From NCBI RefSeq assembly GCF_009914755.1, contig NC_060938.1: DNA of 64,000 nucleotides. One strand, given 5' to 3'. Every line of letters begins with the position of its first letter. Within the stretch, counting starts at the first letter, position 1. The DNA comes from the human T2T-CHM13v2.0 reference genome, Homo sapiens. Shown one piece after another: positions 1-13,446 of the stretch. The position numbers and the translations under genes are program-made. The notes beneath the pieces were generated by a model. The model was not told the origin of the DNA, made no database searches, and saw nothing but the letters and a program-made list of their open reading frames with translations.

Positions 1-44
1 AGCCGCTTTTCCTCCCCCAGCCTCCTCTTTAAATATGTAAAACT

Positions 45-215
45 CTGCATGCCTCTAATTGTTCCTTCAGTTGTCCACTTGCACCTTCAAATTATGGGAC
101 AAGTGGCCAATTGGGCCTGCAATTGGCTAATTGCACCGACAATTAGCCAATTGTGGGTATAATTAGCTGCATGTAGAATTAATCATATGCATAAAGTGGG
201 CGTCCACTCTTTGAA
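45..215. repeat. Palindromic CAATT-rich element, probably an ancient conserved repeat (MER135-like; family uncertain)
   Basis: Perfect 14-bp inverted repeat caattggctaattg (120-133) / caattagccaattg (140-153). Second 10/11 inverted repeat ttgtccacttg (71-81) / caagtggccaa (100-110). Family name is from recollection only. Confidence 0.45.
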
Positions 216-859
216 ATCATAGAACTAAATGTGTTCTAGATGCACATCTGTACTCGGGCACAAAAGGGACACAGGCGAGAATCCTGGATGAATCACTGTT
301 AAGAGAATCATTAAAACAAATCTGGTGCTTGGTTAAAAACGCCACATGATTCAATTCTGAATATTAGGTCTACTTGCTTTCTTTATAAGGAGCTTGGTAT
401 GGACAAGGCAAAGAAGATAAAATTCTTTCATCAGAAGCCTTCTGCAAGAAAATGTCGTGGCGGCTGTCACCATCCAATTGCATTTTTTAAAAAATTAAAT
501 GGTTGGATTTATGATACAGTTGGCCAGTTGTAGCAGGTGGACTCTGTCACTCGAGTCTCCATAAGGAATTACATTCAGTTTGGTCCAAATACTTGCCACA
601 GTGAGACATGTTCCATCTCAGTCACATTTAGCACTCATGTTTCTTAGTCTGGTTTGTGCCTATTCTTGGGGAGACCAGGGGAACCACAGGCAAAAGTGGT
701 ATCCCAGGATAAACACATTGAACGTTTTCAAAGCAGTAATTTTATGTGATGGCAAGCAAGATAAAATAATTTTAAGTTTCAAAGTAAACAACAGAAAATT
801 TTGAAAGCAGTTAAAGTTGTAGTGGTTAAAATCTCTCCTTAGATTCATTATTTATTAAC

Positions 860-990
860 TCTGGGACTTTGAGCAATAATTTATTTAACTTTCCTATAAT
901 CTAATTTCTTCATCTATAAAAAATTAATATAAACGAGTGATAACTACCTCATAGGGTTTTTTTTAGAATTAAATAAGGTTATTTAAAATT
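860..990 (+). mobile_element. MIR SINE fragment
   Basis: Degenerate MIR core: tttcttcatctataaaa...gataactacctcatagggtt...agaattaaataag. Confidence 0.65.
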
Positions 991-1558
991 ATATAACAAA
1001 GGTGAGAGCATGGAGGGAAGTAGACAGAAAGAGAAAAAGAGAGAGACATGAAAATCCAAGACTCAATAAATCAAGACATTAATTTATTAAAAGCGCTGTG
1101 ATTTCCTGCTATAAATAATTATTTGTTTATCTCAGAATTTTGCCAAACAAAAATGATCAAATATCAGTCTTTTTTTGGTAATAATATTACTAGCCACTAA
1201 AAAATACCAGTCTAAATCAAAAATGGTCAGTGGATGCCCATTGACCACAGAGCAAATTTCAGATACTTAAGCTGATTTCACTCTTCATCATGGGCCATAT
1301 ACTTCCCTTCTACTCTAATCTTTTATTTATGGAGGAGCCTTTCAGAAATGTACCCATACTCCAGGCAAGCTTGTTTACTGAACCTGCCCACCATGCTACC
1401 CACCCTTATGTTTAAAGTGATCATCATTGACATGAGACAAAGGCTATGAGAAATGCATGGGGCTATATCCAGAGTTAGAGGTTTTGAAGGAGAGAACTGC
1501 AAATAAGAAAACATTGGCCGATAATAGAGACATGTTTCTTTATTACCTAGATAGAGTC

Positions 1559-1836
1559 TTTTTTTTTTTTTTACATGAAGTCTTGCTGTGTCACCCAGGC
1601 TGGTGTGCGGTGGTGCGATCTTGGCCCACTGCAACCTTCACCTCCTGGACTCAAGTGATCCTGAGTAGCTGGGACTACAGGCGTTCGCCACCATGCCTGG
1701 CTAATTTTTGTATATTTAGTAGAAATGGGTTTCACCATGTTGGCCAGGCTGGTTTAGAACTTCTGACTTCAAGTCATCTGCCCACCTCAGCTTCCCAAAG
1801 TGCTGGGATTACAGGCATGAGTCACCGTGCCCAGCC
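1559..1836 (-). mobile_element. AluS (Sx/Sz-like) with a short internal deletion in the right arm
   Basis: Poly-T, then gtcttgctgtgtcacccaggctgg...gctaatttttgtatatttagtag...cccaaagtgctgggattacaggcatgagtcaccgtgcccagcc. The ctcctgcctcagcctc segment is missing near 1660. Confidence 0.95.
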
Positions 1837-2674
1837 CATTTTTTTCCTAAGTTCTAACTTTTGGCTGGGTTTTGAACACGTATCAGTATTTAATGCATAC
1901 AAAATACACACACGCCATATGTATTTCAAGAAAGGAAGAGAGGTAGGATAAGAAGTACTTGTTTTTACATCAGGTACTTTTACAGGTGTTGTTTCATTTG
2001 CTTTTCAAAATAATAACATTACATACGAAATAATTGCCCAGTTTCTAGGATAAGACTACTGAGTCTTTGAGAAGTTAAATGATTTTCCCCAAGTCATATA
2101 ATAGCAAGTAATAAAGAGACAGCATTCAATTTCTTGTACATATATCTCAAAAATTTACGTTGAACAAGCTTGATAAACATAAACCATTAGAGACTTAGAA
2201 TTATAAAGAAATATTATAATTGTATCTCATGTTCAAATGCATATAACAACCTGTCTAAGAATAAGCACCTCAACAAAAGTACGCATTTGTGATTTTCTAG
2301 ATAGGTATTAGTTTGTGTTAGGAAATTCTACAAGGATCATGTTGATGCTGAGGTCACATTTTGTGTTTTCTTCAAAACTGAATTGAGCTTAAACTCTGGA
2401 TTTACAAACCAATGTCTGAATTCCTGAAAGAACTCAAAGCAAGTCAAGGCCAGAATGATGTCCTCAATCTCTATGCCATTGCAGAGCCCAAACTCAAGAG
2501 AAATGCACAAGAGATGACTTATTCATTGAACACACTTTTCTAGTTGGCCCTTTGTCCAAGCTGACTGGTGGACTGTTCATTGATAACATATTTGATGTTT
2601 CACCAAATATATTGTCAGCATTTAAACAAATGTACTCTTCATGCCATCATTCTTGACCCACACTTCCAATGTTA

Positions 2675-3013
<339 letters not shown>

Positions 3014-3084
3014 TCAGGATAGATCTAAATACTTTTCAATAGTCTTACACTTCCTGGCTTATAATATGTAACTATTGTGTTCTT

Positions 3085-3530
3085 ATCTGTATCTGTCAGC
3101 TGTGCTGTAATGATGCTGTGTAACAGATAACTTCCAATTATTTGTTACCCCATGTTACATGCCAGCCTTAGGTAGGCTGAAGCTTTGCAGCTCTGTGCTC
3201 AAAGGCTCCCCTCCAATCTTCTAGTGGAATGAGGATCTGCTTCCTGGGTCTTCTCATACTGGGACCCAGGTTAAAGGAAGAGCCCCTGCCTGCTGAATAT
3301 TGTTTGTTCATGGCAGATATCACGAATAAGGGAGTTGGCTGAAACTCTCACTGCCTCTAAAAGCTCTTACATAAATGAGGTTAATGTTACATTTTTTTAA
3401 ACGTCCTGTTGGCCAAAGAAAATCATACAATCAACCTCAATGTCAAGGAAATGGGATATAAACTCTTCAGAACTGCAACAGTGGAGAGGAAGTAAATGTT
3501 TATGTACAAAGAACAAAATTGATTTTGTTA
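3085..3530 (-). mobile_element. ERVL-MaLR solo LTR (MLT1J/K/L-like), highly diverged
   Basis: gctgtaatgatgctgtgtaaca..., ctgggacccaggttaaagga..., tcctgttggccaaagaaaatca...ctcaatgtcaaggaaatggg resemble the MLT1K-type consensus. Confidence 0.6.
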
Positions 3531-3764
3531 TCTACATATTATGTTTCTCCCCCACTGATCAATAAGGTAATGGGTCATAAAATAGATATCTGTCTTTCAA
3601 TCTCTTATTTCTAGCATATAGTGTGTTTCCAGAGAAAGCTTATTTAATACTTGAGTATGTCTTTAGATTCACTGGTAAAGGAGTAAAGGCATTAAATGGT
3701 ACTTTCTAAAATGGTTAAATTGTATCAATATTTAGCTTTTTACATTTCTCTCTCTCTTTCTCCT

Positions 3765-3790
3765 CACACACACACACACACACGCACACA
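3765..3790. repeat. (CA)n microsatellite
   Basis: Direct reading. Confidence 0.95.
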
Positions 3791-5944
3791 TCTTTTCCTT
3801 TAATAGTGTCATTTTAAAGATGAAGAAACTGACCTAAAGAAATGAAGAAAGTCTGTGTCCAAGGTAACATAGTTAACAAGTATCAGGATGATAAATCATA
3901 CAGTCTTGTTGGACTGCAGATCATATAATCTAATCCATAATCTACCTACATTGTCTTCTTCTGCTTTGGCAAACTGGATGAAGCAAAAGAGCAAATGGTT
4001 TAAGCAAGAGTGTGTTAGGGGAGCTTCTTAGATGATGTGCCAGGATATTAGAGTCAAGCAAGGAAGGTCATGCCTTCCTTTTGTCTTACTATAAGAAGAG
4101 GCGAATATGAAGATACACCATGTAAGGGCATCCTTACCATAGGCATTAGCAGCAGATACTCTTGTAGGTTGAGGGATCATCTAGCAGTGCTTGCCTAACT
4201 TTCTTATATTACAGCACACATAAGAAATGGTTTTATCTGTTTGACACTGCAAGAAACAGCAGATGTGTGAGCAATCTGGAAAGAGGTGACATAGGCCTAT
4301 GAGGCCACCTAAAATAACTGGAACACCCTGCTGAGGACAAGCCTACTGGAGATCGCCCCATGCTCCAGAAAGACACACACTCACTCCAGTGGGAACCAGA
4401 GGGGATGGGTAAAAAGGTTGGGATACAACCCAGTCATAGGCAAGGTGACCTAACACCTTGCATGAAATATTTCTCAGAGGTTTACTAAGCACTCACGTAA
4501 ATACTGATGAATTCTTTATTCGAAATTCAACTGACGGCATAGGATTGGAATAAATTACAGTATAATAACTGGTCTTGTGAGTCATTCAATCTGAGAATGT
4601 GAAGGACTTTAAATGTCATTATTCTGATTCCGCACTTCAGGGCTTGAACACCCCTATGTGTGCATTGCCCATTTGAGTCCTCAACTGTCCTCAGCACAGC
4701 CCAGTCTTTTCAAGAGACAATTTCTTTAATTATATGGGAAACTCTAGTTCAGAATCAATAAATTTTATAATGATCACTTGTTTTTTAAGCTTGCTCAAAA
4801 GGATAGGAGACTGCAGTAGCTGATAAAAGTGTTATTACTCAGAGAATTGGTTATTAGCAGGCCAACCAGAAAGAGAAAGACAAAAAAGTGTTGTTTTCAA
4901 AAATTAGAAAATATAAGGACAAAGAACCATGGTGTTCTGGCACATTTGGTATAAGGGCACCTCAAAGTCATGATTGTTTATGTAACTAATAAGTGTTATA
5001 CACAAAATAAAGTTTGAAGAATAATTAAGTGGTTTTGAATATGTATTGCAAAGTTTTCCCACCGCATTGAGATAAAACAAACACATAAAAAAAGACGATA
5101 GGAATAAATTTGCCTTCAGAGGCAGAAAGGGAAGGATTCACCCTTGTTGAAGTCCCACCATATGCCTGAGATTATCCACCTGTTGTTTCCTCTAGTTAGC
5201 ATAAAAAGATCTTTTAGGTCTGTTTCATCTCATTTTTACCACTGAGGAGGCTGAGATTCAAGGAAAACCCTCTTGGTTAAATTTATATTGAGAGCCTCTA
5301 ATCCAAGGGCTTTCTCTTCTAACGTCCCTGCTGTGAGATGTATGGATAATATGGATAATCCTTGCATGTGGAAGTGTGTTTCCAGATGAAGTAAGAAAAG
5401 TTGAGGTTCTGGTATTAAAGATAATGTCTTGGAAGACAGGGGGTTGTCAACATTTTGCGCAAAGTCATCTGCAAAACTAAACCCAGATCCAGGGCCCTTC
5501 CCTTCCCTGCCTAGCTGGTTGCAAGTTGCAAGCTCCTTCCCCTAAGTGAATAAGAGAGGGAGGTAGAGCTTGGACTTCACATGCAGCCTGCCTGTGTGAG
5601 TGACCGACAGCAGGCTCACCCAAAGCATCAACTAAGTTTTGCTTTCTTGTATGTATAAATAACAACAGCAATGTGCCACTAGCACAGTGCCGTTTCATTT
5701 AATGGCGCAGCACTGAGCAACTTAATTAATCTTTTGGTCTCTGAAACATTCATCATAGTTTTTCAGGGGCTCTGAAAAAATGTGCTTGCCTCTTGAAGCC
5801 ATTGACACAGAGACCAGTGAGGAGTGAGTTGGCTTTCCCTTAACAAATTTGCTCAGCTGTGAATCTGGGGTCTAATGCTTTTGAAAGTGGAATTTCTGTA
5901 GATGTTAGTCATGGATTTAAAAAGTAAAGACTGATTGCATTTCT

Positions 5945-6140
5945 ATGATGAGTCCCTACTGTGTGCCAGGATAAGCACTGGGCTATTTTACTTAACTGTT
6001 CTCATTAATTCATCACTAAAGCCCAGCGAGGCAGGTATCTTTATATTCATTTTACAGATGAGAAAATTAAGAACTGGAGAGATAAAGCTACTTCACCAAA
6101 GCCACATTTCTAGCTAGGATTGGAACATGGGTCTGTCCAA
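5945..6140 (-). mobile_element. MIR SINE
   Basis: ctactgtgtgccagg...cattttacagatgagaaaattaag...caccaaagccaca. Confidence 0.75.
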
Positions 6141-6699
6141 AACCCTTACCAGGATCATGAAATTTGTAGTTAATTGTAACAATACTGATTATAGTTATAA
6201 TTGAAGCAAAACTTACATACCATTGGCTATGTAAGTTATTGTATATTCATTTAATTATATGCCAGGCATTTCTGCATACATGATTTATTTGGATTCTCCA
6301 AATAATCTAGCAAGTTAGACATATTGTGCATTTGTATTAGTAGATTCATGAAGGAATTCTTCAATAATTATTGTAAACCTTAGTCAATATGCAATATTAG
6401 TCAACAGCACTTTGCTCTTATTTATAAGTACAATAAATAACATTTAGTTAAAATTATTCCTTCATTTTGTAAAATGGCTTGATACCTAGTTTGTTGGCTT
6501 TTGTGATGTTTGAAAATGAGATAGGTTATGACATGTGCATAACATAAGGTGATAGATAAATAACTAGTTTTAATGGGTAAATGATGGCATCTATACCACT
6601 GAGCTTGATGATATCAGTATGCAAAGAATCAAATGTATTTTTTCAGAGGGAACTAAGATACCTTAGTGCCTCCTTCCACCCGGACTCCCTTCTAAAGCT

Positions 6700-7075
6700 A
6701 CAAACTGCAATATTGATCAGATCTTTAAAGTGACCTTACTCTATGGCAGTGAAATTACGTTTTAGTAATTTATCCTAAGAAAATAATCAGAGATATACTA
6801 TACATTATAGAAAGATATGCATGTTGGATTATTATAACAAAATACTGGCAGCATCCTAAGATTGTGACTGGTGATATCAGTTATAGCGTATTCATTTAAC
6901 CGCATACGATGAAGTCCTTGAAGATGGTATGTACATGTACAGATACAGGCACACATACATGCGCATGAGCTGGCACACACACATACACACATCTATAGGC
7001 AAAGAACAGAAGAATACCAAGAACAATTTAACAGTGGCTTCATTTTGGGTGAGGAGGGGATTATGGATGAGTTTT
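6700..7075 (+). mobile_element. Old L1 (L1ME-like) 3' fragment
   Basis: tttagtaatttatcctaagaaaataatcagagat... and aacagtggcttcattttgggtgaggaggggattatggatgagtttt are typical of L1ME 3' ends. Confidence 0.55.
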
Positions 7076-7079
7076 GGTA

Positions 7080-7142
7080 GTGTGTGTGTTTGTGAGTGTG
7101 CGTGCACACACGTGTGTGTGCGTGTGTGCGTGTGCCTGTGTG
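7080..7142. repeat. Imperfect (TG)n microsatellite
   Basis: Direct reading. Confidence 0.9.
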
Positions 7143-7824
7143 TTGTGCTTCATTCATCTTCTTTCTGTTTGCCAGGTTTTCCTCATTGAGTGTGACTTCT
7201 CTAGTATGGCTAGCAAATGAAGAATCATGCTGACATACTCTGTGGTGTAGCCCAATCCTGCTCTTAACCATGACCATTACTGTAACTCAAACAAAACATC
7301 CTGGAACTGGTCATACCTTCATAGCCTCAGTGAACTGTGTAGTCTCCTTGGTAATCATGGATATCTGGTAGATGCTTCAGGTTCTAAATGAAGCCATGAT
7401 GCTGGGATCCATTAACAAAATCCAAAGTGAATTTGTCTTAAACATTTGCAAGTGGATGGAGGAGAATCTCCACATTTCTATGTGGACGGTTCAGATGACA
7501 AAGCAACGGTTTCTGCAGTGAAACAGGTTTCATACAAGGACACTATCAGTATAGGTAATATGCCTTTGTTTATTTAAACTCTTGGTCATTTAGTTTTCTG
7601 CCAGTTATTTCCAGAACAGAGTAATTTATGATGTGCAGGGTAGGCACCCTCAACAAGTTCACATAGTAGGGTATCTTAACATTAACAACAAAACAGGAGT
7701 CTGCAACATCAGATTGTAGCATTCCTCAGATTAACTGATTAAAACATGCCTATTAATGAAAGGCTTTGATGCATTAATTCAGTAACCTTTTAAAATGATT
7801 TGTTGTATTTTAATCCCAATAGAG

Positions 7825-7876
<52 letters not shown>

Positions 7877-7946
7877 CATTTAACTGCATACCATGGAGTC
7901 CTTAAAGATGATATATACATGTACAGATACAGGCACACATACAGGC

Positions 7947-7985
<39 letters not shown>

Positions 7986-8007
7986 TTTGCATACACATGC
8001 TCTCTCT

Positions 8008-8045
<38 letters not shown>
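7825..8045. repeat. Compound microsatellite (TC)10(TA)8 ... (TA)7(GA)12 ... (CA)18, with an internal 71-bp duplicated segment
   Basis: Direct reading; see findings. Confidence 0.95.
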
Positions 8046-8048
<3 letters not shown>

Positions 8049-8114
8049 CATGTAGTATGCTTCTATGCAAAATCTAACACTTATTTATATGAACAATGAA
8101 CTTAATGAACATAA

Positions 8115-8250
8115 ACTATTGAGCACTTACCATATGCACCAGGCATTGTGCTCAGTGTTTTCTAAGTATTATTTTTGTCTGACTGCCATCACCTCTTTAA
8201 CAAATGGGACACTGGCTTGAGAGGTTAGTAACTTGGCATGGTCACACAAC
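8115..8250 (-). mobile_element. MIR SINE
   Basis: tattgagcacttaccatatgcaccaggcattgtgctcagtgtt...gagaggttagtaacttggcatggtcacaca. Confidence 0.7.
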
Positions 8251-9289
8251 GCGCTTATCCCTGACCCTTGAGCCCATATCCCACATGATTAGGGATGACT
8301 AGTTACAGTTTTACAAAGCCTGTTTAGTCCTACAGAAAACCAAAAGGATAGAACCTACCTCCCAGTCATCTTGGGGACTTACATTGGGAACTTTCGCAAA
8401 GACGATCAACACAATTGTTTCTAAAAACACTGGTGCAGACTATGGGAGGAGCCACCTGCTGAAAACTGAGGCTGAAATTCATACCTTGGATGGCTCTGTG
8501 ATGCATGCAAGTATTTGCGTGCTTGCCAGGATATTAAAAACATCCAGTTGTTTTGCAGCCTCACCTCATAGTGGGTCAGACCCGGGAGTCCTAGAAAAAG
8601 CAGTGTGGGTTGTGAGATCCCCCTGTCCTGCACTCAGGGGCTGGCCTTGCTTCCACTCACTGGGTCTACGACTGTGGGCGAGGACCTTTCTCTCTCTCAG
8701 CTTCAGTTTCCTCAGCAGCAAATATATCAGGCAAGAGGTTTGGGCTGTGTGTGCCAAGCTCTTTTACCCAAGGATCCTAAGACCTGAAAACAATGAGTTT
8801 TTATTCTCTCTGGCATCACTCACACAAGCACAGGCACTTAAATGTCTCCATTTGAGATATGACTATTTACCAAAAGATTCAACAGCCTTATCCTCTTTCA
8901 GGCTAAGCTTTTTTCTAGTTGTTGGTTTGTTGTTTGCTTAGGTTTTTGTTTTGTTTTGTTTTAGGAGGGAGAGGATGTTTTGTTTGTTTTGTTTTGTATC
9001 TGATTCAGCTAATGTTCTAAAAAGTAGAGTAGGATACTCATCACTTGGCCTCAGTTAGGAAGAGGCCTCCTTGGGATGCTCCCTGCTGTCTTCCTCAGCA
9101 CCCGCAGGTAGATGTTTTGTGTCCAGGCATCGTGGGAGACCGCAGGGAGGAAGAGCCACATATACGGTTGAGACACGCTATGGAAGCCCAGTCTCTGAGT
9201 CCAGGGGGTGTCATTCTTTGCTGCTGCTTCTAAGGGGTGAATCTGCATCGATCAATGCATTCGCTCCACTCTCCCCCTGCCTCTCCCTC

Positions 9290-9620
9290 AGTTAACACCC
9301 CAGCACACACAAAACCAACGAAGGTGATTATCTCTGCTAGCATAATTCCTCCCTAACATCTGCTTTCGCCCATAACACTCCACTAATTTTTCCCTCATTT
9401 CATTACACATAATTTTCTTTCAACACAATCTACATGTATTAAGTGGTAATGACTTTCCAGTTAAGAGCAAATCGACACCAAGGGACCACCGGCCCCCCCA
9501 CGGTTGCCTGCAGAGCCTGACTCTGGCTATTAGAGATAAATTCGGTACCTCAGGAAGCTGCAGTGAGGTAATCAATCAATTAAGCGGTTAGGACATACAT
9601 TATCAAACTTCCACAGTGCG
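9290..9620. promoter_or_regulatory. Candidate conserved non-coding element / enhancer
   Basis: Unique sequence with multiple TAAT cores, a PBX-HOX-type site ATCAATCA (9571-9578; TGATTGAT on the minus strand) and retained CpGs. Function is inferred. Confidence 0.35.
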
Positions 9621-10439
9621 GGGGGCAGGGGGCCATGCTGATCTACTTGCCATGATTTTTTAGGAATTCAAAAAAATGAATAAATAAGATGGAGAGCTAT
9701 TATACAACCAGGCTATAATTTGCCACTCAAAGTCAGGGGCTGGTGTTGTCAGACTCAATGCTGCAGAGTAAATGGGGGAAACTGTGGTCCTGTATGTGCC
9801 CTGTCTGGGTGGGAATCACGCCTCTATTGTTTACTAGCATTGTGTCCTGGGGTGCACAGGGGGCACCTGGGAGTCTGAAGTTCCTGCCCATTAAAAAGGA
9901 AAAGAGACACCCAGAATTACAACTGTGACTGCCTAGGTTTGCAGTGGGGATGAACTAAGACCATGCACATGGAAGCACCTAGCCCACAAGGGGCACTCAG
10001 GAAACCTTAATGACCTTACTCTGCCTGTAGACTTTGGACTTAGGAAATGTAAGGTGACCAGAGATCACCAAAATGCCGACATCAGACTTAGAATTAGTCA
10101 TCGTCGTTGTCCTCATCATCGTCATCATCATCATCATTTTCCTCAAGTTTTTGAAGAAAAAGCCAAAATTCATAGAATCCTGAAAATAAATTCAGAATAC
10201 GTACCAGTCCTTGCTCCCTTGCTGAATTTATAGGTGTTCCCTTTGTACCCACATCTCAGATAACCTCATCTGTAAAAATGGGTGTATTAACATCATCCAC
10301 CACAGCAAGGATTATTGGAACACTCAAGAGAAATATATATTAAACTGCTTTGAAAATTGTAAAGCATAAACAAAATGGGATTACATTTAATAATATAATT
10401 TAACCTACTTTTTTTCCTAAACTTGATTCCTCCTGTAAA

Positions 10440-11530
<1,091 letters not shown>

Positions 11531-12904
11531 TGGTAGAGTCTCATGCTGGGAGATGGTGTTCATTCACCATTCACGGAGCAGTTTCACTGAGCACTTGCCC
11601 AGGATCAGGCCATGATCCAAGGGCTGACACAGTGCAGAGAGAAAAATAGACTGGGTCTCATGCTCATGGACATCCAGTTATAGTGCAGGAAGATCTAACA
11701 AGTGGTGTTGTGTGCATGTGATGGAATACTGTAGGTCTGTTTTCGCAAAATATTTACTTAGGGCCTACCGTATTCCAGGCACTGTTCTAAATCAGGACAC
11801 GGCAATACACAAGGCGAGGAATCTCTGCACTCCTAGAGTTTATGTTCTAATTGGGAAGATAGAAAATATATAACTAAATATTGTGTTGCTGCAGTGTATT
11901 TCATGATGTGGAGAAGAAAAAAAAATCATGTTCTAAGAAGTGAAAATGGCTATATGACAGTGCCTGCAGTGTGAAGCCATTGGTGTAAATCAGCAGAAAT
12001 AGGCAAGCTACACATTTCTAAAATGTTAGGAGGATTTACACCAAGTCTCCAGATTTTGTTCTAAATTTTTTGCATTTGTTACTTTTAAAATAAAAGCAAA
12101 ACTAAACTGAAGCAGAGATTACTGATACATACATACATCAAGTCAATGCTTAGCTATTGATTCTACTTCTAAAAAAGTCATTGGATTTATACTTTGTGGA
12201 AGCCTCAAGATTTGATTTCTTAATAACTAGAAACAGTAATGAAAATGAGTGCTAGGTCATTCTCCTGATTTTGTTTTTCATAGTATATAAGACTTATGTC
12301 CTAAGATCTGAAAAAAAGCAAAAGACCTTAGGATTCATCTTCAGCCCAGTACTCAGTTCAGAGTGGAGGAAATTTAGGAGACTTGCTCAATTCTTAAAGT
12401 AAGAATTGGGCCCTAATCAACTCAAAATGACTTGGTTTCACATTTTTTTTCAAAACACAACCTCACTATCTTCCTCTCTATGATTTTAGTTTAATACTCA
12501 ACCTATTGCTACCTGCTCAGTATCTAAAATGACAGAAAGCAGGGAGAGGAGTAAAAATATCACCAACAATGATTAGCATTTCCATGATACAGTCTACCTC
12601 TAAACAAAAGCAGGACAAAGCTAACTAAACTATTGTTTAATCTCCTTAGAATAGAAGTAGCTTCTCCATCCTGTGCACAGGTAAAGGGAAAGTGAGAATG
12701 GGCATATCATAGGAGCTATATTTTACCAATGAGAAATAACGAATGCTTTATTGCTGAACTAAAATTGTTCAAGCCTATTTTGATCACGATGTAGTTCTAT
12801 ACATTTGTAAATGCACCCTGAATTAACCTGGAAAGCAGCAAGTTAGACATTGTCTCCTTTATCAACACTGATACTAGGATAATTATTTAGGATAATTATT
12901 AGAA

Positions 12905-13090
12905 CATAACTGTAGGGCGCTTTATGGTTTACAGATCCCACTTACAAACATCTGTCATGTGATTCTGCCATGAATCCTATAGTGCCCATCTTGTGCCCAG
13001 TTTATAGGCAAGCATGTTGAGGTTTTGGTCAATCAAATGGCTAACCTACAGTCACATCTCAGAAGTGGAGCAGAGCTGATACAAACCCCC
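12905..13090 (-). mobile_element. MIR SINE fragment
   Basis: gcgctttatggtttacaga...cccagtttataggcaagcatgttgagg...cagtcaca...gtggagcagagctg. Confidence 0.55.
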
Positions 13091-13145
13091 TGGCATCAGT
13101 TCATTGCTCCTTCTTGAAGGACAGAATGGGAAAAGGTTTTTTTAT

Positions 13146-13446
13146 GGGGGCGGGGGGGTTGCGGGGAGGGACAGAGTTTCGCTCTGTTGCCAGGCTGGAG
13201 TTCGGTGGTGCGATCTCGGCTCACTGCAACCTCTGCCTCCTAGGTTCAAGTGATTCTCCTGCGTCAGCCTACTGAGTAGCTGGGATTACAGGCATGCGCC
13301 ATCACGCCCAGCTAATTTTTGTATTTTTAGTACAGATGGAGTTTCACCATGTTGGTGAGGCTGGTCTCGAACCCCTGACCTCGTGATCCGCCCGCCTCAG
13401 CCTCCCAAAGTGCTGGAATTACAAGCATGAGCCACTGCTCCCAGCT
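13146..13446 (-). mobile_element. AluSc-like element with a G/C tract in place of the poly(A) tail
   Basis: acagagtttcgctctgttgccaggctgg...cctgacctcgtgatccgcccgcctcagcctcccaaagtgctgg. TSD ggaaaaggttttttt/at at 13129-13145 and 13447-13462. Confidence 0.95.

Noticed and set aside
1457-1951. 164-aa ORF, and similar ORFs at 2672-2938, 10872-11132, 33213-33455 and 48998-49252
   Set aside because: These are translations of Alu sequence (e.g. [25 protein letters not shown]), a well-known artefact.
8384-8941. 185-aa ORF, joint longest in the window
   Set aside because: It starts at TTG, has no recognisable domain, overlaps a MIR-like fragment, and is within chance length for 64 kb read in six frames.
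12875-12900. 13-bp tandem duplication taggataattatt x2
   Set aside because: Real, but an ordinary short slippage duplication with no further structure.
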